The notes: generated by a model from the letters alone, not told the origin. DNA of 64,000 nt from Bacillota bacterium (GCA_029226935.1 JAQXYZ010000066.1:1748-65747); one strand, 5' to 3'; positions 52,990 to 61,467 are shown, counted from the stretch's first letter. A program made the numbers and translations.

Positions 52990-53001
52990 AAGAACGTTCT
53001 T
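52990..53001. promoter_or_regulatory. perfect 12-bp palindrome just downstream of the Tad promoter (operator candidate)
   Basis: AAGAACGTTCTT was read directly, 14 nt after the -10 element. Confidence 0.35.
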
Positions 53002-53135
53002 CAAAATCTTTTTTGTTTGGTCGGATGGCACGGCAATGTGTCATGGATCATCTTCAGTTTCACTTGGAAGGTTTCCTTCCGGAAATCAACATTTATATTT
53101 TCAAATTTGATTGAATCATCAGAAAGGGGGATCTA

Positions 53136-54164
53136 TTGGACAAAAGAATCCTTGCGATTTTTGACAGCGAGGAGGGATATGCATATCGGCTGATGGAGTT
53201 TATGAGCGGAAAGAAAAATCTGCCTTTTGAGGTATATGTTTTTACCGATGGAGAGAAATTTTACTCCTGTGCCCAAATTACAAATATTGAATGTCTTCTC
53301 ATATCAGAAAGCGCATATAAACAGGAAGTGGAGACTCTGAAAATTCCACACATTATTATTCTAAGCGAAAGCGGAGCAAATCTAAGCAAAACATTACATC
53401 ATATCAGTAAATATCAGTCATGTGAAATGATTTTCCATCAAATAATGGAATATTATACAGACCGATCAGAAACAGTACCCATAGCCTTAAGAACAGGATT
53501 ACGGAAAATGAAAATAATAGGGATTTATACGCCTGTTGGAAGATGTCTTCAAACCACGTTTTCCCTGACGCTTGGACAGATGCTTGCGAGGCAGTTTAAA
53601 ACTTTGTATCTGAATTTTGAGGTTTATTCAGGATTTTCCAGGATGCTTTCCAGAGAATTCCGCAGTGATATTACAGATCTAATGTATTATTTTAATTCTG
53701 CCAGAGAAAAGCTGGTATGTCGGCTGGAGAGTATCGTCGAAACGGTAAGTGGGCTTGATTTTGTGCCACCGGCACAAATGATACAAAACCTGAATGGAAT
53801 CAGAGGTGCCCAGTGGCTGGATTTATTTCATGAGATAGAAAAGACCAGCGAATATGAATATCTGATACTGGATCTTACAGACGGAATTATGGATTTATGG
53901 GACGTTCTGCGGGGGTGTGATCACATTTACACTATTACCAAAGGAGATCCTCTGGCAATAGCAAAAGTGGAACAGTATGAAAAGATTCTGGAGGATATGG
54001 ATTACGGGGATATTACTGCCAAAACTACCAAATGGAGGCTTCCTGTGTTTAAGCAGCTTCCGGTCTGCTTCGAGGAACTGACTTATGGGGAGCTTGCCCG
54101 GTATATCCGCACGCAGGTTTTTCCCGAACTTTTCGGGGAGGATGCAGATGAATACAAAAGATGA
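53136..54164 (+). CDS. TadZ/CpaE-like protein: atypical receiver domain plus a ParA/MinD-like domain with a degenerate P-loop
   Basis: TTG start behind an AAAGGGGG SD. The N-terminal ~110 aa are receiver-like (ILAIFDSEEGYAY...ECLLISES). Next comes IIGIYTPVGRCLQTTFSLTLGQMLA where CpaE has SxKGGxGKTT. It lies immediately upstream of cpaF. Confidence 0.6.
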   Translation: MDKRILAIFDSEEGYAYRLMEFMSGKKNLPFEVYVFTDGEKFYSCAQITNIECLLISESAYKQEVETLKIPHIIILSESGANLSKTLHHISKYQSCEMIFHQIMEYYTDRSETVPIALRTGLRKMKIIGIYTPVGRCLQTTFSLTLGQMLARQFKTLYLNFEVYSGFSRMLSREFRSDITDLMYYFNSAREKLVCRLESIVETVSGLDFVPPAQMIQNLNGIRGAQWLDLFHEIEKTSEYEYLILDLTDGIMDLWDVLRGCDHIYTITKGDPLAIAKVEQYEKILEDMDYGDITAKTTKWRLPVFKQLPVCFEELTYGELARYIRTQVFPELFGEDADEYKR

Positions 54165-55293
54165 CAAAAACCTGCAGGAGCTGATCATAAGCAGACTGGA
54201 TCTGTCCAAACATATGAGTGCGGATGAAATACGGGAATTGATTGATGTGGAAATTCAAAAGGAGAGCAAAAAACGGCATCTGGATGTTCGCATCAGAGAA
54301 GAGATAGGAAGAGAAATTTTTCATTCTGTCAGGCAGCTGGGAATTTTACAGGAGCTGATTGAAAACCCGGAAATCACTGAGATTATGGTCAACGGTACAC
54401 AGAGTATCTTCATAGAGCAGAAAGGAAAGCTGAAACAACTGGATATATGTTTTGACTCGACCGAAAAACTTAAACATGTAATTTGGCAGATTACAGCAGG
54501 CTGCAATAGGGTGGTAAATGAAGCTTCTCCCATTGTGGATGCCAGATTGCCGGATGGCGCCAGAGTAAATGTGGTACTTGACCCTATTGCCATTAATGGT
54601 CCTATTCTGACCATCAGAAGATTCCCGCCTGACCCTATTACCATAGATCAGCTTCTTCGGATGGGTTCTTTGACGGAAGAATGTAAGGATTTGCTTGAAA
54701 AACAAGTGCAGGAAGGCTGCAATATTCTGGTAAGTGGAGGAACCGGATCAGGGAAGACTACTTTTTTAAATATTCTGTCACAATTTATACCTAAGACAGA
54801 AAGAGTTATCACGATTGAAGACAGTGCGGAGCTGCAAATCAGAAATATTCCCAATCTGGTCAGTCTTGAGACAAGAAATGCAAATGTAGAAGGCTGCAGG
54901 GAAATTACCATTCGTGATCTGATCAGGACTTCCCTGCGGATGCGGCCGGACAGGATTATCGTCGGAGAGGTACGGGGAAAGGAAGCTGTAGATATGCTCC
55001 AGAGTGTCAATGTTGGACACAGCGCCATGACGACAGTACATGCAAACAGCGTCAGAGATGTGGTCAGCCGCCTGGAGACAATGGTGCTTATGGGAATGGA
55101 AATGCCTCTTTCTGCCATACGAAAACAGATTGTATCAGGCTTTGATCTGATGGTTCATCTGGGAAGGCTCAAGGATGGAAGCAGACGGGTTTTGGAGATT
55201 GCAGAGCCTTTGGAAATTCGTGAAGGGGAGGTTATTATGCGGACCATTTACCGACTTGAGCAGAAAGGAATACCTGCAAATGAGAAAAAGTAA
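54148..55293 (+). CDS. tadA: CpaF/TadA-family secretion ATPase
   Basis: Walker A VSGGTGSGKTTFLN, Asp box ITIEDSAELQ, Walker B RPDRIIVGEVRG, and His box GHSAMTTVHAN. The start is ATG 54148, six nt after GGAGG, overlapping the upstream gene by 17 nt. Confidence 0.92.
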   Translation: MNTKDDKNLQELIISRLDLSKHMSADEIRELIDVEIQKESKKRHLDVRIREEIGREIFHSVRQLGILQELIENPEITEIMVNGTQSIFIEQKGKLKQLDICFDSTEKLKHVIWQITAGCNRVVNEASPIVDARLPDGARVNVVLDPIAINGPILTIRRFPPDPITIDQLLRMGSLTEECKDLLEKQVQEGCNILVSGGTGSGKTTFLNILSQFIPKTERVITIEDSAELQIRNIPNLVSLETRNANVEGCREITIRDLIRTSLRMRPDRIIVGEVRGKEAVDMLQSVNVGHSAMTTVHANSVRDVVSRLETMVLMGMEMPLSAIRKQIVSGFDLMVHLGRLKDGSRRVLEIAEPLEIREGEVIMRTIYRLEQKGIPANEKK

Positions 55294-56032
55294 CAGTGAA
55301 AGGATACTTCTTCCATTTACGAAAAGGGAAAGGTGGATATTGGCAGCAAAAAGCGTAATGGTGGTGCTGATATTGGATTATTTTTTTTACCAATCATGGC
55401 TGGCTGTTTTTCCTTTGGCGGCAGCAGGATTTCTTTATTGCCGGATGGAAAAGAAAATTCTCTATGAAAAGAAAAAAGATTTGGCACTGGAACAGTTTAA
55501 AGAATTAATGCTGTTAGTTTCCACCGGACAAAAAGCAGGATATTCTGCGGACAATGCTTTTCTCTCAAGCTATCAGGATATGAAGGTGCTTTACGGAAGT
55601 AGCAGCAGTGTCTGCATCATGATAGATATGTTAAAAGCGGGAAAAGAAAATCATATTCCGTTTACGGAGCTATGGAAGCAGATTGGAGAAAAAATTCATA
55701 TTGAAGAAATCAGAGAGTTTGCAGATATTTATGAAATTTCCCATAAGAGCAGCGGAAACGTTGCAGCAGTTATGGAAAAGACAGCAGAGATTATCGTCCG
55801 AAAAATTGAGACAGAGAAAGAGATTGCCGTTATGATAAGCGCCAAAAGGCTGGAACAGAAGATTATGAATATGATGCCGTTTCTGATTATGCTTTATATC
55901 AGTATAGTATATCCGGGATATTTTGAACCACTTTATCATTCCTTACCCGGCGTTTTGATAATGAGCGTCTGCCTGCTTGTCTATCTGTGCGCTTACGGGC
56001 TGTCAGTTTACATCATTTCCATCAAAATATAA
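55280..56032 (+). CDS. tadB: TadB-like T2SSF-family inner-membrane platform protein
   Basis: 250 aa with an N-terminal TM, a cytoplasmic helical domain and C-terminal TM helices. The ATG at 55280 overlaps the cpaF stop by 14 nt. Confidence 0.75.
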   Translation: MRKSNSERILLPFTKRERWILAAKSVMVVLILDYFFYQSWLAVFPLAAAGFLYCRMEKKILYEKKKDLALEQFKELMLLVSTGQKAGYSADNAFLSSYQDMKVLYGSSSSVCIMIDMLKAGKENHIPFTELWKQIGEKIHIEEIREFADIYEISHKSSGNVAAVMEKTAEIIVRKIETEKEIAVMISAKRLEQKIMNMMPFLIMLYISIVYPGYFEPLYHSLPGVLIMSVCLLVYLCAYGLSVYIISIKI

Positions 56033-56045
56033 AGAAGGAGGATCT

Positions 56046-56843
56046 ATGAAAAACCCGTTTTTTCAGTTAGCAGCATGGATATATGGAAAGCATAAGCAAA
56101 ACCGGTCAAATGGCAGAAATCAGATGATATATAAGGAATTGTCACAATTGCATCCATTTGAGGATCAGGAAAAACTTTATGAAAATTATCAGATCAAAAA
56201 AATGGCAACAGTAGTTTCTGCTTGGACTGTAGAAATAATTTATGTGATATTCTTTCACTTTTCTAATCGGTCAGAGAACAGATGGATGGAAGGGGCGTTG
56301 TTTTTACTGTTATCCGGAGTACTGATTTCAATGGCAATGGACAGTGACTTAAAAAAGAACTGCCGGAAAAGAAGCAGGCAGTTACTTATGGATTATGGGA
56401 GATTTGTTAACAGGCTAAGGCTGTATTTATCCGCCGGGCTTACCCTAAAAAATGCGTTTGTCAGAATTATGAGAGAATTAAAGAAAGAAAAGAGAGGAAA
56501 AGAGAAATGTTATCTACAGGAAGAAATGCAGATAGCATGTTATCGGTTAGAAAATGGTGTGTTAGAGGAAAAGGTTTATCAGGACTTTGGCAGACGATGT
56601 GACGAAATGCCTTACAGAAGATTATGTTTTTTGTTGGCAATGCATTTAAAGCAGGGTAATCATCAACTTTTGTTACTGCTTGAAAAAGAGGCGGACAGTG
56701 CACAGGAGGAGAGAAGAAATATGGCAAAAAAACTGGGAGAAGAGGCAGGAACCAAATTGCTCTTTCCAATGATGCTGATGCTTGGCATAGTAATGTTTTT
56801 GATACTAATCCCTGCTTATTTCAGCTTTGGGACTATTTCATAA
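56046..56843 (+). CDS. tadC: TadC-like T2SSF-family inner-membrane platform protein
   Basis: 265 aa with the same architecture as the preceding gene. ATG 56046 follows a GAAGGAGG SD. Confidence 0.7.
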   Translation: MKNPFFQLAAWIYGKHKQNRSNGRNQMIYKELSQLHPFEDQEKLYENYQIKKMATVVSAWTVEIIYVIFFHFSNRSENRWMEGALFLLLSGVLISMAMDSDLKKNCRKRSRQLLMDYGRFVNRLRLYLSAGLTLKNAFVRIMRELKKEKRGKEKCYLQEEMQIACYRLENGVLEEKVYQDFGRRCDEMPYRRLCFLLAMHLKQGNHQLLLLLEKEADSAQEERRNMAKKLGEEAGTKLLFPMMLMLGIVMFLILIPAYFSFGTIS

Positions 56844-56875
56844 GAAGAACATAAAATCGAAATGGAGGATGAAAA

Positions 56876-57061
56876 ATGAAAACAATTAAGAAAAGATTCA
56901 TGGAACAATGTAAGGATAACAGAGGTATGGGCACAGTAGAAATGATATTAATCATTGTGGTATTAATCGGTCTGGTGCTGATTTTTAAAAATCAGATCCA
57001 ACAACTGGCAGCAGTAATTTTTGACAAAATATCCGTAGACAGCGCTGCAATTTTGTCCTGA
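56876..57061 (+). CDS. flp: Flp-family type IVb/IVc pilin
   Basis: 61 aa with a basic leader MKTIKKRFMEQCKDNRG, then MGTVEMILIIVVLIGLVLIF (Glu at +5 after the Gly, then a hydrophobic helix). GGAGG SD 7 nt upstream. Confidence 0.8.
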   Translation: MKTIKKRFMEQCKDNRGMGTVEMILIIVVLIGLVLIFKNQIQQLAAVIFDKISVDSAAILS

Positions 57062-58449
57062 TGAGGGGATATTTGACAGTGTTTCTGGCGATGTCTTTAT
57101 CTGTATTGACCGGTTTTATTCTGCTGCTTGCCGGAGGCGCAATCAGAAATGAAGAAAAAGTCAGGTTGGAATGTGCTTTAGACACAGGCATGAATGCGGT
57201 ACTTTCCGAATATCATATTGGATTGTTTGAAAGATATGGACTTTTATATGTGGATGCTTCTTATTTAGGGCGTGCCCCGGCAATATCCAACGTAGAAGAA
57301 AGACTGATGTTTTATCTAAAAGAGAATACAGAAAAGACATTGGAAGGAGAGCATACGCCTTGGGGAAACCTGCATATTGAAAAGGTACAAATCCCCTGTT
57401 TTGAAACAGCAGCCGCCAACAGAGGAGCATCCATGAGAAATCAGGCAGTTTGTTATGTGGAAGATGTTGGAATGAAGGAACAGGAGAAAGAAGCCTTTTT
57501 GCATATAGAAGAGATCAGGGCGCTGGAAGATAATGATCCTATAACAGAGTGGAATGACATTATGGAACAGCTGGCAGGGATAGAACTTCCCCGGATTTTA
57601 AATGAAAAAGGAATATGGGAGGAGGTTCCCTTGTCCAATCCAGCAGATTGGGTGTTTGGGCTTATAAACAGCGATATTTTGTATCTGGCAGGAATTGAAC
57701 CGCAAAATATTAATCCGGCACATGTTTCTCTGGAAGATTATATTTCTCACAGACAGATTGAAAACATAAATTCAGATGACCAAAGGGAAAAAAATGATAC
57801 AGAGCTTTTTGCATCATATTTATTTCATCAGATGGGCTGTCTGAAAGGTGTAAGGGAAGGTTCTCTTCTTACCTGCCAATTAGAGTACCTTGTCCAAGGC
57901 AAGGATTCTGATTTGGAAAATGTGAGAGGGGTGGCAGAGAAGCTAATGCGTTGGAGATTTTCAGACAATCTTTCAAGAGCCATATCCGACGGAGATTTAA
58001 GAGCGCAGGCTATGGATGCAGCAGAAAAATTACAGGCTGTTCAACTAAAAGAAGCATTAAGGGACCCGGTTGCAGAGAGTATTTTGTATGCATGCGCTTT
58101 TCTGGAAAGTATTGGAGACATTCAGTCCCTTTACAACGGCGGCAGAGTGCCGGTGAGAAAAACGGGTCATCAGATGTCGGTGAATCAAGTATTGCATGGG
58201 AACTTCTGTGCGACAAATAGCAGTAGTGGGCTGACCTATGAACAGTATCTTGCCTGTATGCTTTTACTTACAGAAGACGACATTTTAAATTTAAGAGCAA
58301 TGGATCTAATGGAAATGGATATTCGTTATAGTGACGGAAACCATAATTTTGCCATGGATTGGTGTATAGAAAGATATGAGGCGACTGTAATCGCAAAATC
58401 AGGCTTTGGAATTAATTTGTCTTTAAGACGAAAATACGGTTATTTCTAA
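57061..58449 (+). CDS. 462-aa pilin-like or pilus-associated protein (DUF5702-like, from memory)
   Basis: The start overlaps the flp stop (TGATG). The N-terminus MRG-YLTVFLAMSLSVLTGFILLL resembles a class III signal/anchor, but Phe replaces Glu at +5. Confidence 0.6.
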   Translation: MRGYLTVFLAMSLSVLTGFILLLAGGAIRNEEKVRLECALDTGMNAVLSEYHIGLFERYGLLYVDASYLGRAPAISNVEERLMFYLKENTEKTLEGEHTPWGNLHIEKVQIPCFETAAANRGASMRNQAVCYVEDVGMKEQEKEAFLHIEEIRALEDNDPITEWNDIMEQLAGIELPRILNEKGIWEEVPLSNPADWVFGLINSDILYLAGIEPQNINPAHVSLEDYISHRQIENINSDDQREKNDTELFASYLFHQMGCLKGVREGSLLTCQLEYLVQGKDSDLENVRGVAEKLMRWRFSDNLSRAISDGDLRAQAMDAAEKLQAVQLKEALRDPVAESILYACAFLESIGDIQSLYNGGRVPVRKTGHQMSVNQVLHGNFCATNSSSGLTYEQYLACMLLLTEDDILNLRAMDLMEMDIRYSDGNHNFAMDWCIERYEATVIAKSGFGINLSLRRKYGYF

Positions 58450-58484
58450 TGGATACCGGAAGAAAGGAAAAGTGCTCTCCTTAG

Positions 58485-59360
58485 GTGAGCATAGTAACTA
58501 TTAACAAGCAAATGATAAGAATCCCTTCTCTCAAATTCTACCAAATAAAAATATTAAGGTTTATCAGGAGAGCATTTTTTCTTTCTTCCGGGAAGCTGAA
58601 AGCAGGAATGACGCTGGAAGGATGTATGGTTCTTCCGATTTTTCTTTTCTTTATGATGACGGTTATGTTGAGCATTGAAACAGTGCGGTTTCAGAGCCAT
58701 ATTCAGGAAGCATTATATCAGGCAGGAAATGAAAGAGCGTTTTCGGAATATCGAGTAAAGTATCAGGGAAAAACAAAAGTGAATTCACAGGAGCAAATAA
58801 AAGAATATCTTGAAAGTCAGCTGTATCCTTATCTTTGTGTGAAGGGAGGAAAAGAAGGTATAAGGTTTCAGGATCTATCCGTTACAGAGCAGGGAAAGAT
58901 TGAATATGTCCTAAGCTGCCGGATTAAGCCGTTCATTGAATGGCTTCCCATAGGCGATGTTGTTATGAATGACAGGTTTTTCAGTCATTCATGGATCGGT
59001 TACAGCAAAATAGAGTCGCAGGACGGTAATGTCGTGCCGGAGATTTATGTATATGTGACCCGGACAGGGAGCAGATATCATATGTCCTATGAGTGTACAC
59101 ATCTGAACGTTCAGGTACATATGGAAGAGTACGAAAATCTTTTCGGTCTGCGAAATCAGTCTGGTGGAAAATATTATGCCTGCGAGAGATGTAAACCTCT
59201 GGCAGAGGGCACAGTTTATATTACAAATGATGGAGACTGTTATCATGGTCAGGCAGATTGTTCTTCTCTTAAGAGAACGATTTGTATGATTCCATTAAGT
59301 GAGGCAGCAGGATATAGTCCCTGCAGCAAATGTGCAGGAAAGAAGGAAAGGGCTTTTTAA
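58485..59360 (+). CDS. TadE-like pseudopilin fused to two C-terminal His/Cys (HCCC) zinc-knuckle modules
   Basis: KAGMTLEGCMVLPIFLFF is a TadE-type N-terminus. The C-terminus has VYVTRTGSRYHMSYECTHL...YYACERC and VYITNDGDCYHGQADCSSL...YSPCSKC. The start is uncertain (GTG 58485, ATG 58512 or ATG 58605). Confidence 0.6.
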   Translation: MSIVTINKQMIRIPSLKFYQIKILRFIRRAFFLSSGKLKAGMTLEGCMVLPIFLFFMMTVMLSIETVRFQSHIQEALYQAGNERAFSEYRVKYQGKTKVNSQEQIKEYLESQLYPYLCVKGGKEGIRFQDLSVTEQGKIEYVLSCRIKPFIEWLPIGDVVMNDRFFSHSWIGYSKIESQDGNVVPEIYVYVTRTGSRYHMSYECTHLNVQVHMEEYENLFGLRNQSGGKYYACERCKPLAEGTVYITNDGDCYHGQADCSSLKRTICMIPLSEAAGYSPCSKCAGKKERAF

Positions 59361-59365
59361 GGGCA

Positions 59366-59782
59366 ATGAAGACTGTGGCATATTGTGGGGGACTTTTATT
59401 TTTGGCAGTACTTTCGGCAGAGGACATCAGAGAAAAGAAAATATCTGCCTGTAAAATTTTTATTTTTGCTGTTTTTGCAGTGATATACAGAGGACTTGAA
59501 TATCAGTATCCCTTTTCGGAAATAGTGTGTTGTATTCTGCCCGGAGGAATCTTGCTCTTGGTATCGTTATTGACAAAAGAGAGCATTGGATATGGGGATG
59601 GCGTAGCGGTTATGGTACTGGGATTGTGGACAGGAGCCTGGTTTACGGCAGGAGTTCTGTGTGTTGCTGTTATATTGGCAGGATTATTTGGAATAGGTTA
59701 TCTGGTAATGGGAAAGCGGGATGCGATTCCCTTTATCCCCTTTTTATTAGTCGGATTGGAGGTAATGTTATTTTATGCATAA
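59366..59782 (+). CDS. tadV: A24-family prepilin peptidase (TadV/CpaA-like, no methyltransferase domain)
   Basis: 138 aa, polytopic, with two Asp-containing motifs: LSAEDIREKKI and GYGDGVAVMVLG. Confidence 0.8.
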   Translation: MKTVAYCGGLLFLAVLSAEDIREKKISACKIFIFAVFAVIYRGLEYQYPFSEIVCCILPGGILLLVSLLTKESIGYGDGVAVMVLGLWTGAWFTAGVLCVAVILAGLFGIGYLVMGKRDAIPFIPFLLVGLEVMLFYA

Positions 59783-60206
59783 AAAATGGAAGGGTTATTT
59801 TACGATAGAGGCTACCTTTATACTTCCTATTATTCTGTTTCTTTACTTACTGATTATCTCGGCTGCTCTTTTTCTGTATTGTCGCTGTGCAATTTCTCAG
59901 AATAATTTTCTTCTTGCAATGAGAGCAGCAAGATTTACTCAGGGAGAAGATTACTATGGAGAGATTATTTATGGAAATACAAAAGATGGTTCATGGCAGG
60001 CAGAAGATTATGTAAAGGAGCGACTTACTCAAATAGAAAATCATTATCCCTTTTATCCTGCCCGGGGAGGGGAATGTAAAGTAGATGAAGGATATGCGCT
60101 GGTAGAAACAGGGCAAAGGTCATCAAAGCTTCTGATTACAAAAAAGGTGCAGAGACTTAACCCGGTAGAGATGGTCAGAAAGGGGAGAAAGGAGCAAAAT
60201 GTTTGA
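59775..60206 (+). CDS. TadE-like pseudopilin
   Basis: MHKKWKG-YFTIEATFILPIILFLYLLII: Gly, then Glu at +5, then a hydrophobic helix. It overlaps the peptidase gene by 8 nt. Confidence 0.7.
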   Translation: MHKKWKGYFTIEATFILPIILFLYLLIISAALFLYCRCAISQNNFLLAMRAARFTQGEDYYGEIIYGNTKDGSWQAEDYVKERLTQIENHYPFYPARGGECKVDEGYALVETGQRSSKLLITKKVQRLNPVEMVRKGRKEQNV

Positions 60207-61467
60207 GACAAAGTATTATAAAGATTATAGGCATAATTATTTAATTATTAAAGATAATGGATGCCTTCAGAATAATGTATATCAATGTAAGATGATAACG
60301 GAAAATAGAATCAAAGGGCTGCTTCCGTGTCAGGAAAGATATATTAACGGAGATATTCTTTTGTATTATGAGATCACTTCAAAGCAGAGTGTTTTCAGTA
60401 TTTATGAGAACAAAAGTATCGGAAGGGAACAGTTGTACATTTTTTTCGTACAGCTGAAAATAGTAAATGATATGCTTCAAAAATATTTGTTGGATGGAAA
60501 TGGAATTGTTTTACTTCCTGAGTATATTTTTCAGAATCTTGAGACAAGTGAGTATTCCTTTCTGTATTATCCGGAACCGGAGGAGGATAGTTTTTCGCAG
60601 CTTATGGAGTTCTTTATTGCAAGAGTAGATAACGAAGACATGAAGGCGGTAGAGCTTGTATATAAAATTGCTGATTTGATTCATAGTGAACAATTTGTTC
60701 TGGATGAGGTGCTAAAGTGGTTTCAGGAAGATACATACCTTTGCGTAGAGGAAGAAAAATCAGAATACCAGTTTAAAGGAGAAGAGCCCGCTCAACAGCT
60801 TCTGCCAGATAAAGAAGAACAGGAGGAAACAGAAGATGTTGGCAATAATATAAAAAGGAAAAACTACAGATTATTGCCGGTAGCAGGAGCAGGTATATTG
60901 GGCATTGTCATGTTATGTTATATTATGGTTTCTTATGAGTTATCTTATCAGGAAGAAATTTATCTAATGCTTGGACTAGCCGGATCAGGATTACTTATTG
61001 TAGGAAGTCTTATATACTTTTTTTATTCTAAATTTATGGAAAGGCTGCCAAAAGGAGAGACTTCAAAGGAGGAGAAATCAAATATTTACAGTTACAGAGA
61101 TTCTTATGAAGAGTTTGAAATGGAGTCTAAAGTGGATGCTGGCAACACAATATTTATTCCCTGGACGGAGAATTGTGAAAATAAACTTTACAGTACAAAT
61201 AAAAAATTCAGATGTCATATTGATTTAGGAAAACTTCCACTTACTGTTGGAAAGCTTGCAGGGGCTGTAGATATGGTAATTGATGAATCAAGCATTAGCC
61301 GTATGCATGCAAAATTCTCCAGAAAAGGAAATGAAATCCATATTACGGACTTAAATTCTACGAACGGAACCTTCAGAAATGGTGTCAGGCTCTCTCCAAA
61401 TGCATCAGAAATAATTGAACCGGGAGATGAAATCCGACTGGGAAAATTAAAATTTATTTACAGATAG
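60199..61467 (+). CDS. membrane protein with an N-terminal uncharacterised domain, two TM helices and a C-terminal FHA domain
   Basis: FHA signature LTVGKLAGAVDMVIDESSISRMHAKFSRKGNEIHITDLNSTNGTFRNG...GDEIRLG. TM helices LLPVAGAGILGIVMLCYIMV and LGLAGSGLLIVGSLIYFFY. It overlaps the upstream gene by 8 nt. Confidence 0.8.
   Translation: MFETKYYKDYRHNYLIIKDNGCLQNNVYQCKMITENRIKGLLPCQERYINGDILLYYEITSKQSVFSIYENKSIGREQLYIFFVQLKIVNDMLQKYLLDGNGIVLLPEYIFQNLETSEYSFLYYPEPEEDSFSQLMEFFIARVDNEDMKAVELVYKIADLIHSEQFVLDEVLKWFQEDTYLCVEEEKSEYQFKGEEPAQQLLPDKEEQEETEDVGNNIKRKNYRLLPVAGAGILGIVMLCYIMVSYELSYQEEIYLMLGLAGSGLLIVGSLIYFFYSKFMERLPKGETSKEEKSNIYSYRDSYEEFEMESKVDAGNTIFIPWTENCENKLYSTNKKFRCHIDLGKLPLTVGKLAGAVDMVIDESSISRMHAKFSRKGNEIHITDLNSTNGTFRNGVRLSPNASEIIEPGDEIRLGKLKFIYR

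Noticed and set aside
52912-53135. A c-di-GMP or other riboswitch in the Tad leader, or upstream of the flagellar genes (47492..47580).
   Set aside because: I could not recognise GEMM-I/II or other riboswitch core motifs by eye. Only generic hairpins are present. The leader is kept as a low-interest finding pending a covariance-model scan.
54648-55118. 156-aa and other minus-strand ORFs (54321..54705, 54778..55041) inside cpaF.
   Set aside because: They are antisense to a highly conserved ATPase gene. Their Ser/Thr/Leu-rich composition is typical of reverse-frame artefacts.
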